NCBI GenBank assembly: GCA_963668315.1
Contig: OY764216.1
Location: forward strand, 3,936,001-4,000,000
Length of the DNA stretch: 64,000 bases
Source: Spirochaetia bacterium
GTDB lineage: Bacteria; Spirochaetota; Spirochaetia; DSM-2461
Direction of reading: 5' to 3'
Below the pieces are notes generated by a model that worked only from the letters and a program-made list of their open reading frames with translations, was not told the DNA's origin and did no database searches. Made by a program: the position numbers and the translations under genes. Positions 10,668 to 20,480 of the stretch are shown here, piece by piece. Every line of letters starts with the position of its first letter. Within the stretch, counting starts at the first letter, position 1.

Positions 10668-11896
10668 TGTTCCAATTCTTTGACATATCCTCATCTATAC
10701 TGCTTTTCTTTTCATCGGATTTACCAGAATTCTGTTCCAGTGAGCTTTCTGGTAATCCGATAGATAGGGCATAAAATCTTTCTCTCTTCTTCGGATTCCC
10801 CCGAATATATTCTGAACAATATCCTGAATATCCTTCAAGTCAAATCCGGCGGCCTGACTATGGTATTCATAAGTCCTATTCTTCCTGTTAATTCGGTATG
10901 GCTTAAGAAAATTATGCCAAAAACTGTAACAGGTAAATCGGTCCATACTGTTATTTATATTTCTCCCGAATTGAACAGTCTCCCGAATAAACTCAGCTAG
11001 ATCTTTTCTTATCTGCCTATCTATATAATTGCACGGGAACAACTTATTTTGATAGTTCCTTTCCTTGCGGGAGTTCGTCCTTCTGTGATGTATCTTGAGA
11101 GAGAGGGATGCGTAATTTTTAACCTGATAGGCATAAATAGGATGTTCGTCTGTGTCCAGAATCACGTTTTTCATGGAAGATAGCTCTGCTTTTTCTGATA
11201 GATATTTCAGGATCTCTCTGAATCTATTGGAAGCGGCTCTCTTTTCAAATTGAGCAGATATGTAAAGTTCTGATTTCCGTTTTTTCTGCTCCGAGGTGCA
11301 TGCTCCTTTTCGTTTGAAATGGTAGGCGTTGAAGGTGTAGATAAATTGAGATTTCTGTCCGACCAGAATATTAATGTTTGTCGGAAAATATTGAGAAAGA
11401 ATGAAATTTTCCAAACCATCGGCAGCGACAGATTCGCGAAGCTCCAACTCATAATTTCCCTTTGCGCAAACAGAGGTGATCCTTTTAGACAGTCGTTGTA
11501 TTCTGTTCGTGATCAAGCCTGGAGAATAATTCATCGCCCGTGCCATATCCCTGATCCCCGAACCACTGACAAGATGATTTAAAAGAGTAGAATAGGATAA
11601 CTTTTTATGGGCATGGTAGTTAATTGAGAAATAAGAGAGTGAAAATGTGGTTAAGCAGTTTCTGCATTGATAACGCTGAACTTTGCCATCTCTTTTTGTT
11701 GTTACAAATCCTTTTTTTCGGAGCCAGGAATCCTCTTGCGAAGGGTGATTATGATTTATACATTCAGGATTAGGACAATATAGCTGGTCAGGCATGAAAT
11801 ACCTCCTTCTTTCAATGACTTGTATAGAAAGAGAGCTCTTTTTGTCAGAAAACCTGAATCATTAGAAAAAACATGTCAAACAATGAGAACACTGCT
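10663..11896. mobile_element. IS1-family-like insertion sequence with imperfect terminal inverted repeats
   Basis: AT-rich segment; 10668-10686 TGTTCCAATTCTTTGACAT matches the reverse complement of 11873-11891 (TGTTCTCATTGTTTGACAT) at 16/19. Confidence 0.7.
10695..11795 (-). CDS. IS1-like transposase (zinc ribbon, HTH, RNase H-fold catalytic domain)
   Basis: CPNPEC...QRYQCRNC zinc ribbon, GIRDMAR HTH, ADG, TDEHPIY, R..LA...R....F; AAGGAGGT SD. Confidence 0.8.
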   Translation of the reverse strand: MPDQLYCPNPECINHNHPSQEDSWLRKKGFVTTKRDGKVQRYQCRNCLTTFSLSYFSINYHAHKKLSYSTLLNHLVSGSGIRDMARAMNYSPGLITNRIQRLSKRITSVCAKGNYELELRESVAADGLENFILSQYFPTNINILVGQKSQFIYTFNAYHFKRKGACTSEQKKRKSELYISAQFEKRAASNRFREILKYLSEKAELSSMKNVILDTDEHPIYAYQVKNYASLSLKIHHRRTNSRKERNYQNKLFPCNYIDRQIRKDLAEFIRETVQFGRNINNSMDRFTCYSFWHNFLKPYRINRKNRTYEYHSQAAGFDLKDIQDIVQNIFGGIRRREKDFMPYLSDYQKAHWNRILVNPMKRKAV

Positions 11897-11899
11897 AGG

Positions 11900-13129
11900 C
11901 TAGAAAACTTCTTCCAGCACATAGAACAGATTGCGATCCGTTCCGAAAATCAGCCAGCGGCCCGAGATAACCGGCGCCGAGAGCAGGGAGCCTTCTATCT
12001 CCATACGCCACTGCTCCTGCCCCGTTTCGGCGCTCAGGCATACCAGCTGTCCGGGAAGTCCCAGCTCTTCCGACTCTTCCAGCCCGACAAAAAGGCGGCT
12101 TCCCCCCACCAGGGGGGCTCCGGAAAGGGGCTGGTCGAAAAGGGTTTCCCCGATCAGTTCTCCGGTTTTCCCGTTGAACGTTCTCAGCTTCATATCCCCG
12201 GCGGTAAAGAAAACACGGTTTTTATATAGGGCCGGTGCCAGATAATCCAGCTGTTCCGTACTGTCCCTGAAGGCGTCCGTCCCGTCTATCCGGGGATCGA
12301 GATAGGCCTGGTCGAATTGCTGCCAGAGCGTCTCCCCCGTGTCCTTATCCAGACAGGAAAAGCGGTATTCCCAGATTCCGTCTATGACACCGGAAGCAGC
12401 GAAGTAGAGCCTGTCCCCCCTTATGGCGGGAAAAGAGTACCAGTTATAGATATCTATGGCCGTATCCACATGCCAGGTATAACTCTCCGACGCTGTATTG
12501 AAGACGGCAAGAGTATGGGGCAGTTCGGGCGGCCCGGGGGAAAAATAGACCGTGTCCCCGTGAATCTGGAAGGAGTTTCTCAGCCAGATAAGATTGGGAA
12601 GGGACCAGAAAAGCTCTCCGCTGTCCCTGTCCAGGCAGTAAAGAGCGTCTGCATCACTGATGGCATAGATTTTTTTGTCATGCAGTACAATGGTGGAATT
12701 CACGGGAGACTTTGTCTTGAAGGACCAGACAGGATTCCCCGATTCCCTGTCCAGCGCATAGATAAATCCGTCGGAGGAACCGATATACACTTTATCCCTG
12801 TCGGCGGTGGGCACCGCATTTATCGGCCCGGCCGTACGGAAAACCCACTCCATATAACCCGTCTCGATATCCAGGGCATATAAATTCCCGTCGGCCGATC
12901 CGAAGTAGAGAGAGTGCCCGTAGACAGCGGGGGGATTAAAGCTCTCCCGGCGCTTGTCCTTATCCTGAAGAATCAGCTTCCATTTGACTCCCAGGGGCGG
13001 CTTGATGACCGTATCCGTACGTCCCGAACCGGCCTTCCCCCTGTAGGAGAGCCAGTTCTCAGAACAGCTTCCCAAAAGGATCAGGAAGAGAAGCGAAAAG
13101 AGGATATTTCTAACGGCTTTTGAGCCCAT
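11900..13129 (-). CDS. PQQ-like beta-propeller repeat lipoprotein (BamB-like)
   Basis: Lipobox LGSC; repeated GS.DG.LYALD..TG...W. Confidence 0.85.
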   Translation of the reverse strand: MGSKAVRNILFSLLFLILLGSCSENWLSYRGKAGSGRTDTVIKPPLGVKWKLILQDKDKRRESFNPPAVYGHSLYFGSADGNLYALDIETGYMEWVFRTAGPINAVPTADRDKVYIGSSDGFIYALDRESGNPVWSFKTKSPVNSTIVLHDKKIYAISDADALYCLDRDSGELFWSLPNLIWLRNSFQIHGDTVYFSPGPPELPHTLAVFNTASESYTWHVDTAIDIYNWYSFPAIRGDRLYFAASGVIDGIWEYRFSCLDKDTGETLWQQFDQAYLDPRIDGTDAFRDSTEQLDYLAPALYKNRVFFTAGDMKLRTFNGKTGELIGETLFDQPLSGAPLVGGSRLFVGLEESEELGLPGQLVCLSAETGQEQWRMEIEGSLLSAPVISGRWLIFGTDRNLFYVLEEVF

Positions 13130-15290
13130 GGTACAATCCTTTCAAACTGAAGATCTCCCGTATTCCGCGTATCAGAGAACGGTCCTTTTTGAAAACCAGC
13201 CTGTACTCCCGTATATAGGCCTCCCAAAGGGATGTTTCCCTGTTTTCGCTCATTCCGTACACCCCTTCAATAAAAGCACCGGTGAAGGATTCCAGCCCGG
13301 GGCACTCTGCCGCGTATTCCCGGGGAGTGACATGGGCCTCCCGGGCGGGATACCCCCTGTCAGCCCAGCGTATCAGCATGAGACGATAGAGCGCCTTGTA
13401 GCCCTTTTCGCCCGGAACCGTTCCGCGGGATCTTAATAGGATAGCGACTCCCCCTTTGACGGCGTAGGCGCCTGCCAGAAACAGGAGGATTCCTCCTCCC
13501 ATGAAACGCAGCATAATCCGCCAGGGAAAAATAAAGCGGGCCTTTCCCTTTACCGTCTCGGTAATAATGGGGATGACAACGTCAAGCTGATTGGGATCGC
13601 CCGTGCCGCTGGGAGCCATCGCCTGGGACGTCGTCTCGAAATCAATCCAGCCGTATCGGGGAAACCAGCACTGAACCCAGGCATGGCGGTGGGAGGAAGT
13701 AACCAGAAACAGGTCATTGAGGCTTTTCCCCTGCAGGGGGGGAATCTGATCCTGTAGATACATGAGGGCCTGCCGGTGGTTGGTCGTCTGAAGGTTGTCA
13801 CTGGCCAGATAGCCGGTTACAACCCGTGTCGGAATTCCCGCCCGCCTTGCCAGCATGGCGGTGCCGTTGGCAAATTCGGTACAGTCCCCCTCTTTGAGGG
13901 AAACAAGAAAATCCAGCGTATGGACGCTGCTCCAGTCCTCCGTAAATCCCAGGTTATACTGATAGCTCTTATACATGGAAAGAATAGCCTGCAGCCTGTC
14001 ATAGGGGGGCAGTTCCCCAAGGCCCAGAGACTCGATGATGCTGTCCAGAGCCTCATTCTGTTCGGGAAGCAGATCAAGGGCCAGAGAGTCATTCACATCC
14101 TCGGGAAGATCCCGGGGATAGGAGGGAATGAAATGAAGAGGGGCCAGGGCCCTTTCATTCGTAATAAGGGAGAGGCTGTTCCAGGAATAGACAAAGGGGT
14201 AATAGCTCCGGTCGTTGACGGTCGGTTCCACCGAATAGGGAAAATAGGGGACACCCTTTTCCGGATCGATGGACAGAACAGAAACACGGATCCCTTCACG
14301 GCCCGTGAAAAATGTGGTATGGGAATTTCTCCAGGTTTCCACAAAACGCATCCGGGGAATCTCGTTAAGGTAAAGATCCGGATCGGCCTTGAAGCCTTCC
14401 TCCCGGTCATGACCGGTATAATATCGGGATGCCAGATAGGTGGAGGATTTTTCCGATTCCACAATCATCACGGCGTACTGACGGGGAGGCTCCCCTTCCC
14501 CGGAACCGGATGAGGCGCCCTGCCATGAGTTTCCCGGAACTCCCAGCAGTTTAGGTCCCGAATCCCCCTGCCCGTCCTTGCCGCCCTCTCCCTCATCCCG
14601 GCTCTGCGGATCCTGACCGTCTCCCTTGAGATTTCCGCCGTCCAGGGGGGAATTGCTTGTCAGATCCAGCAGTTCGGGGCGATGCTTGATGGGGTCGTTT
14701 ACCGTTTCGGGTATGATGTCATGGGTAATTCCTTCCGCGCCCGGCAGGAAAGAAAGGAGAAATACTCCCAGAATAAAAACTCCCAGGGAAAGAATCTCCC
14801 CTTTTCTTTTCTCGAATGGCCGGGAGCCGCTGAGCAGAAGCAGGGCGCCGTAAGTGAAAAAGCTTATCACAAGAAAGAAAAGCAGTATCCTGCTGAACCC
14901 GCCCTGACTTTCGGCTCCTTCGGGAGATGAATAGGTAAAAAGGAGCATGCGGTAATGAATGAAAGCGAAGAGAAACATCTCGCCCTTGAGAAAAAAAGTG
15001 ATTTTCCTGTTATGGACAAGCCACGTGCTGGCAAAGATATAGGCGCCGATCAGGATGGATAATAAGCCCTCCCTTGTCATACCGGGCAGCAGGACGGTAA
15101 AAAGGCCGAGCAGGAGGAGCTCCCATAGAACTTTTCTCCTTCCTCCCCAAAGGGCCAGTACCGCGGAAAGGGGTATCAACAAGAAATACAGTCCCGCTCC
15201 CGTCAGATCAAAGGAGACCGATACGGCCGGTTCTCCCAGAATCAGAAGGAGGGTCAGGCCGTAAAGGAAGGCACGGTAAATGAGAATCAC
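13110..15290 (-). CDS. Membrane-bound transglutaminase-like protein
   Basis: Multiple N-terminal TMs; GDCTEFA, GIPTRVVTGY, HAWVQ, GWIDFETT. Confidence 0.87.
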   Translation of the reverse strand: MILIYRAFLYGLTLLLILGEPAVSVSFDLTGAGLYFLLIPLSAVLALWGGRRKVLWELLLLGLFTVLLPGMTREGLLSILIGAYIFASTWLVHNRKITFFLKGEMFLFAFIHYRMLLFTYSSPEGAESQGGFSRILLFFLVISFFTYGALLLLSGSRPFEKRKGEILSLGVFILGVFLLSFLPGAEGITHDIIPETVNDPIKHRPELLDLTSNSPLDGGNLKGDGQDPQSRDEGEGGKDGQGDSGPKLLGVPGNSWQGASSGSGEGEPPRQYAVMIVESEKSSTYLASRYYTGHDREEGFKADPDLYLNEIPRMRFVETWRNSHTTFFTGREGIRVSVLSIDPEKGVPYFPYSVEPTVNDRSYYPFVYSWNSLSLITNERALAPLHFIPSYPRDLPEDVNDSLALDLLPEQNEALDSIIESLGLGELPPYDRLQAILSMYKSYQYNLGFTEDWSSVHTLDFLVSLKEGDCTEFANGTAMLARRAGIPTRVVTGYLASDNLQTTNHRQALMYLQDQIPPLQGKSLNDLFLVTSSHRHAWVQCWFPRYGWIDFETTSQAMAPSGTGDPNQLDVVIPIITETVKGKARFIFPWRIMLRFMGGGILLFLAGAYAVKGGVAILLRSRGTVPGEKGYKALYRLMLIRWADRGYPAREAHVTPREYAAECPGLESFTGAFIEGVYGMSENRETSLWEAYIREYRLVFKKDRSLIRGIREIFSLKGLYHGLKSR

Positions 15291-16504
15291 AGCCGTACCC
15301 CCAGATTAATAGCCCCTTCCTGAATTTTTCTGCTCCCCAGGGCCTTTGAGACTTTATTCTCCGTCCTTCCCGGTATGAGAAGTGCTTTCAGAAGGGAACC
15401 TCTGGGCAGGGGGTTTCCGTTAAGAAGCTCTATATTCCTGTCCTTCTCCCCTTCCCCGTTGAGGGTGCAGATAAAAACCCTTTCTGGAAACTGCGCCCGG
15501 AGGATTCCCGCGTCCCGATCGGCTTCGGTGGTACACAGGATCGCCCCTTCGGGAATCTCCCCCCTGGAGGAACTTTTCTTCCCCAGGCGGCAGAGCGCCG
15601 ACAGGCAGTCCTGCTCAAAATCCTCCGAACGGCTGTCAAAGACTTTGTCATTTACATACACTTCCAGCACCAGGGCGGGATTCGCCTTTCTCAGATCATG
15701 TATCAGCGTTTCTCCCAGAGATTTCAGCCCGAACAGAAGAACCGATGCCGCAGGCTCGGCAATATCGGCCGTTCCCTCATTGCGGAGCACAAGGGTCATG
15801 CGCGACACGGTCTGTTCCCTGTCGGGCGATATGCGCGTGTAGATGGTGGAGAACTTACCGCTGGCCTTCCAGTTGATGTCCCTCACCAGATCTCCCGGCT
15901 GGTACTCCCTCATGAGTACCTTCTCGGGATTGGAGGGATCGCTTTTAATCTGTTCCTCGTTTTCATCGGCCGCCCGGGGTGTGGGAAATGTCCTGTTCCC
16001 CAGCAGGGCAGGATGATAAAGAACCTGCCTATGCTCCGTATCGGTAAGGGGAAAACGGATAAACCCGAATAGATCGGTCAGGTAGAGCCTTCCCCGGCAC
16101 TGAAAAAGCCCCGGAAGGGGAAGGGGCAGCCCGAAGAGAAGCCGCTGTGTGAAAATCCGGGATGTTCTTACGGTGTAAAGGGTGTCCTTCCCCGCCGACA
16201 GGTTTCCCCGTAAGAGGAACAGATACCTCGTGCCCCAACCGGCTTCGGAGGGCGCCTGGAGAAGCATGTTTTTTCTCTTATCCGGAGAGGAGGCGTAATT
16301 CCAGTAGGCCTTCCACTCGAAGTGTTCCCTTTCAAACCGGAATGCCCCGGCTCCCGTACGGATCAGACTTCCCGTCAGGTAGCAGAGAAAGAGAAGGGAG
16401 AGGAAAATTCCGTAGCCCTGCCCTCTCGGAACGGAGGTTCCCAGAAGATAAAGGGAAAAGCCCGCCAGGCAGCTGCCCGACAGGGAAAAGGGCCAGTATT
16501 TCAC
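15287..16504 (-). CDS. DUF58 domain protein
   Basis: DLFGF, REYQPGDLVRDINWKASGK. Confidence 0.85.
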   Translation of the reverse strand: MKYWPFSLSGSCLAGFSLYLLGTSVPRGQGYGIFLSLLFLCYLTGSLIRTGAGAFRFEREHFEWKAYWNYASSPDKRKNMLLQAPSEAGWGTRYLFLLRGNLSAGKDTLYTVRTSRIFTQRLLFGLPLPLPGLFQCRGRLYLTDLFGFIRFPLTDTEHRQVLYHPALLGNRTFPTPRAADENEEQIKSDPSNPEKVLMREYQPGDLVRDINWKASGKFSTIYTRISPDREQTVSRMTLVLRNEGTADIAEPAASVLLFGLKSLGETLIHDLRKANPALVLEVYVNDKVFDSRSEDFEQDCLSALCRLGKKSSSRGEIPEGAILCTTEADRDAGILRAQFPERVFICTLNGEGEKDRNIELLNGNPLPRGSLLKALLIPGRTENKVSKALGSRKIQEGAINLGVRL

Positions 16505-16509
16505 ACGGA

Positions 16510-17481
16510 TCAGGATACCACCGGCACAGCCGTGGCATTAAGTATCTCATTCAGGACGTCCTCGGCCGAGGCTTCCGAATCCTTCAGTTCCAGCCGGTGG
16601 GCTGTAGCGGCCAGAAAAATCTCTTTGATGTGATCCTGGGTAATATAGTTTTCCCCCCGGATCAGGGCCAGGGAACGGGCCAGTCGGGAAAGCTTTACCC
16701 CCGTTCGAGGACTGGCGCCCGTCTCCACCGCTCCGTGCTCCCGGGTTGCCCGGACAAGATCGACGATATACCGGATCATATCGGGGTGAATGCCCACCTG
16801 GTCCACTTCACTCTGCCACTGCCTGAGCTCGCTTGCCCTCAGCACTGGCTTCAGTCCTGCCCAGCCGTCGTTCCTGCCGTGCTGGCTCACAATGGCTCTC
16901 TCGTCGGCATCATCGGGATAACCGAGGGAAAGCCTGAGCATGAATCGGTCGAGCTGAGGCGCGGGAAGGGGGAAGAGATGGGCTCCCTTGAGGTTCATGG
17001 TGGATATGATGAAGAAGGGGGAAGGCAGGTGATAGGTGTTCCCCTCGATGCTCACGCTCTGCTCCTCCATAACCTGGAAGAAACTTCCCTGGGTTTTGGG
17101 GGTCAGAAGATTAATCTCGTCGCAGAGGAGAAAATGGGCGAACACCGGCCCCTTGTTGAAAGATAACTCGTATCCCGAACCGGCGATTCGGGAGTATCCC
17201 AGGATATCCTGGGGCAGCAGGTCCACCGTACACTGTATACGGTTGAAATGGTCAATCTCGATTCCCTCCGGGGTCCGCTCGCTGGTATCCCAGTCGATCG
17301 ATCCGGCGAGAGCTCTCGCCAGGGAAGTCTTGCCCACCCCATGGGTATCGGCCAGCATGACATGCCCGCCGGCGACCAGGGACGCCAGCAGATATTCCAG
17401 TTTTTTCTCATCCATGTAAATGACGGACGTTATGTTGGCTTTCAGAGCATCCAGCTTACTCAGGCTTTGTATCGCATCCAC
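16510..17481 (-). CDS. moxR: MoxR family AAA+ ATPase
   Basis: GVGKT, RIQCTVDLLPQDILG, DEIN, LDRF, GASPR. Confidence 0.9.
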   Translation of the reverse strand: MDAIQSLSKLDALKANITSVIYMDEKKLEYLLASLVAGGHVMLADTHGVGKTSLARALAGSIDWDTSERTPEGIEIDHFNRIQCTVDLLPQDILGYSRIAGSGYELSFNKGPVFAHFLLCDEINLLTPKTQGSFFQVMEEQSVSIEGNTYHLPSPFFIISTMNLKGAHLFPLPAPQLDRFMLRLSLGYPDDADERAIVSQHGRNDGWAGLKPVLRASELRQWQSEVDQVGIHPDMIRYIVDLVRATREHGAVETGASPRTGVKLSRLARSLALIRGENYITQDHIKEIFLAATAHRLELKDSEASAEDVLNEILNATAVPVVS

Positions 17482-17487
17482 CCTTCC

Positions 17488-17516
17488 AGTATAAAAGATT
17501 GTATCAGGAATAGCAA
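17488..17516 (-). promoter_or_regulatory. sigma70 promoter with leaderless geometry for moxR
   Basis: TTGCTA-N17-TATACT-N6-GTG. Confidence 0.55.
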
Positions 17517-17541
17517 TCTCATAGGGAATCTCTGTTGAATA

Positions 17542-17570
17542 TTGACTTTGCGTGAATGGCGGATTAAAAT
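17542..17570 (+). promoter_or_regulatory. sigma70 promoter with leaderless geometry for the PilZ gene
   Basis: TTGACT-N17-TAAAAT-N6-ATG. Confidence 0.65.
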
Positions 17571-17576
17571 TAACCT

Positions 17577-17939
17577 ATGGTCCAGAATGAAAGAAAATTT
17601 ATGAGAACCGATTTCTATGTCAACGGGTACTTCAATGAAGCGGGAAAAACGATTACCTTCAAAGTGGTGAATCTGTCCCTCAAGGGGGCGTTGATTCATC
17701 TCGACGAAGAGCTGACCCTTCAGAAAAATCAGGAAATAGACATTTCCATTCTTCTCACCCATTCGGAAGTGAAAATCAATGCCCGCTGCCTGGTCGTCCA
17801 TATCTCCTCGGACGGAGAATACGGCCTGAAATTCGAGTCAATCGATCTGGACAGCATGATACACCTCCGCCGTCTTCTTGAACTGAATACGGTGCCCGAA
17901 GGGGAAATAGAGAGGGAACTCTCCTTTCTGAGGGATTAA
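17577..17939 (+). CDS. PilZ domain c-di-GMP-binding protein
   Basis: ERKFMR (RxxxR), NLSLKG (D/NxSxxG), HLRRLLELN. Confidence 0.88.
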   Translation: MVQNERKFMRTDFYVNGYFNEAGKTITFKVVNLSLKGALIHLDEELTLQKNQEIDISILLTHSEVKINARCLVVHISSDGEYGLKFESIDLDSMIHLRRLLELNTVPEGEIERELSFLRD

Positions 17940-17954
17940 AGGGTATGGCGGCTC

Positions 17955-18620
17955 CTAATCGGAGTCGTTCATCTCCTGAAGACGCCTTTTTGAACTGACG
18001 AAACGCTTCATCTCATTGATATTCTTAACCACAATATGCTGGGACTTGATTTCTATCTTACGGTTTTCCTGCATATGGTGAAGGATATTATTGCAGTCTT
18101 CCGAAGGAATTCCCGCCCAGTGGGCGATATCGCTCATGGTAGCTTCCAGCTCGCGCACTCCCGTATCCTCAAAGGCATCAATCTGGGGCAGCATATCGCT
18201 CAGGAGCATGAAGACATCGGCGATTTTCCCTTCCACATCATTCATCGTGAGAATCTGGAAACGCCTTTTCTGATCGTAAATACGGCGGGCGAATATCTTC
18301 AGAAGACTGATGCCTATCTGGGGATTGCCTTCCACCAGAGTGGCGAAATTGGCCCGGTTGAATTCCAGGAGGGTACAGTCCTCCAGGGCAATAATCGTTG
18401 CCGTGCGGGGAGCTTCCTCGAGAATGGCCATCTCTCCGAAAAATTCTCCCGGATTCAGTATATCAATAATCTTCTCGATATTCCCTATGATTTTGACGAT
18501 CTTGACGCGGCCCTTCTGAATCAGATAGAACCGGTCCCCCGGTTCATGTTCAAAAAAAATGACTTCCTCTTTTTGGAATGTTCGGGCGAACCGGTCAAAA
18601 ACGGCGAGATCTTCAAACAT
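17955..18620 (-). CDS. Crp/Fnr family transcriptional regulator
   Basis: cNMP pocket GEFFGEMA...PRTAT; C-terminal HTH DIAHWAGI. Confidence 0.88.
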   Translation of the reverse strand: MFEDLAVFDRFARTFQKEEVIFFEHEPGDRFYLIQKGRVKIVKIIGNIEKIIDILNPGEFFGEMAILEEAPRTATIIALEDCTLLEFNRANFATLVEGNPQIGISLLKIFARRIYDQKRRFQILTMNDVEGKIADVFMLLSDMLPQIDAFEDTGVRELEATMSDIAHWAGIPSEDCNNILHHMQENRKIEIKSQHIVVKNINEMKRFVSSKRRLQEMNDSD

Positions 18621-18622
18621 AA

Positions 18623-19561
18623 TCAGTTCTCCTTCATTTCCTTGAGGATTTCCATGGCCCGGCTCTTCTTCTGATTATCCTTAAGCATGGCGGCGGCCTT
18701 TGTCAGAAACCCGGACGCCTTGGTCCGGTCATCAAGCTCCCTGTAGGAGAGCCCGAGATAGTAGCAGATGACATCCAGCTGACCGTGGCGGGGATATTTT
18801 TTAACCAGGCCGGTGAACTGAAAAACCGCATCCTTGTATTTGCCCAGCTGATAGAGGCAGATCCCCAGGAGCAGCTCCGCTTCGGGAACATCCTCACGGG
18901 TGAGCGTATCCGATTTATAGATGAGACTGAGTCCGCGGTAGGCTTCCTCGTACTCCCCTCTGTCCATTTTTTTCCGGCAGACGAAAAGCGTGGGTATCTC
19001 TTCCTGGGGAACGTCCTTCTTACTTACCGGCCGGGATGTCAGCTCCCTCATGGCTTTCTGCACTCCCGCCACATAGATTCCCTTGGGATAATAGGTCAGG
19101 TATTTTTCAAAGGCGGCCCTGGCTTTAAGGGGATCGCCCTCTTTCTGGTAATACCGGCCCACCTCGAAAAGTCCCAGTTCCGGATCGGCCGCCGTATCGT
19201 TTGACATGAGATCCTGAACCTGATTATGAATTCTCCTCAACTGGGTGGAAAAGACCCGAAGCATCTTGGAAAGAAGCCTCTTGTTCCTGGTGACCAGCGC
19301 CTCGAACTCCTCCACGGTAAACTGAAGGATCTGGGATTCCACCATGACCATGGCTGTCTCGTCATGGACATAACCGCCCAGGGCTGCCTTGACTCCGAAG
19401 AACTCCCCGGTTTGAATGAGGTCGTGAACTTCCTGCCCCGTCTGAAGATCGGTATAGCTCAAACTTATCTGTCCCGACTTCAAAACATAAACATAGCTTG
19501 ACTTGTCCCCTTTAAAATACACTATGGAATTAGGATTATAAGTTACAGCTTTCGGGGGCAT
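18623..19561 (-). CDS. Cyclic nucleotide-binding domain plus TPR protein
   Basis: YFKGD...GEFFGV; C-terminal TPRs (YLTYYP, YQLGKY, YYLGLSY). Confidence 0.82.
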   Translation of the reverse strand: MPPKAVTYNPNSIVYFKGDKSSYVYVLKSGQISLSYTDLQTGQEVHDLIQTGEFFGVKAALGGYVHDETAMVMVESQILQFTVEEFEALVTRNKRLLSKMLRVFSTQLRRIHNQVQDLMSNDTAADPELGLFEVGRYYQKEGDPLKARAAFEKYLTYYPKGIYVAGVQKAMRELTSRPVSKKDVPQEEIPTLFVCRKKMDRGEYEEAYRGLSLIYKSDTLTREDVPEAELLLGICLYQLGKYKDAVFQFTGLVKKYPRHGQLDVICYYLGLSYRELDDRTKASGFLTKAAAMLKDNQKKSRAMEILKEMKEN

Positions 19562-19655
19562 AGGACCTCTTCTCTTCAGATTATACTTTCATTATATAAT
19601 CTATTCGGTATTTTTTCTTGAATAAGTGAAGAAATTATGTCTATTCTATACCGTA

Positions 19656-20480
19656 ATGATTGATTTGCATACCCACACCACCTATTCGGACGGGACTTTG
19701 TCGCCGAATGAACTCATTGAGAAAGCCGTGTCCATAGGACTCTCCGCGCTGGCTGTCACAGACCACGATACCACCGACGGACTGGACGAAGCCTTTGCCG
19801 AAGCGAAAAAGCGGGATCTACGCTTTATTCCGGGTATAGAGATCGAAGTGGACTTCTACCCGGGCGAATTTCACCTCCTGGGACTGGGCCTTACCGACTG
19901 GAAAGGCCCCCTGGCCGTCGCGATGGAGGACGTGAAGCAGAAGCGCCACGAGAGGAATCTGACGATTCTGGATATGATGAACAGGGAGGGGATGGGCATA
20001 AGCTGGGAGGACGTGACCCGTCAGGCCGATACGGACCTGATCGCCCGCCCCCATTTCGCCGCCGCCATGGTGGAGAAGAGAATCGTCAAAAACACCAAGC
20101 AGGCCTTCGAAAAGTACCTGGGCATGGGACGCCCCTTCTACACCCGGAAAGAAGCGCTGGATCTGGAGAAGGCAATCGATCTCATTAAAACCGGAGGGGG
20201 ACATCCCGTAATCGCCCATCCTCTCTCGCTCTACCTCTCCTGGGGTAAACTTCCGGGGAAGCTTGAGGAAATTAGGGAAGCCGGCGTGGAAGGACTGGAA
20301 GCCTGGCATCCCAGCATCAACAGGCGCAAGGCGGAAAGGCTGATTCATCTTGCGGACAAACTGGGATTCTTCATCACCGGAGGCTCCGATTATCACGGGG
20401 ATCTGAGAAAGGACCGAGATCTGGGCAAGAGCAGCGACGGGAGGACGATCCCCGATGAATATCTCGCGCCTTTTCTTTAG
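19656..20480 (+). CDS. PHP domain phosphoesterase (TrpH/YciV-like)
   Basis: DLHTHTTYSDG, TDHD, RPH, AHP, GGSDYHG. Confidence 0.92.
   Translation: MIDLHTHTTYSDGTLSPNELIEKAVSIGLSALAVTDHDTTDGLDEAFAEAKKRDLRFIPGIEIEVDFYPGEFHLLGLGLTDWKGPLAVAMEDVKQKRHERNLTILDMMNREGMGISWEDVTRQADTDLIARPHFAAAMVEKRIVKNTKQAFEKYLGMGRPFYTRKEALDLEKAIDLIKTGGGHPVIAHPLSLYLSWGKLPGKLEEIREAGVEGLEAWHPSINRRKAERLIHLADKLGFFITGGSDYHGDLRKDRDLGKSSDGRTIPDEYLAPFL

Noticed and set aside
16162..17166. 334-aa Arg/Pro-rich plus-strand ORF
   Set aside because: Antisense to moxR and DUF58; composition typical of a non-coding frame
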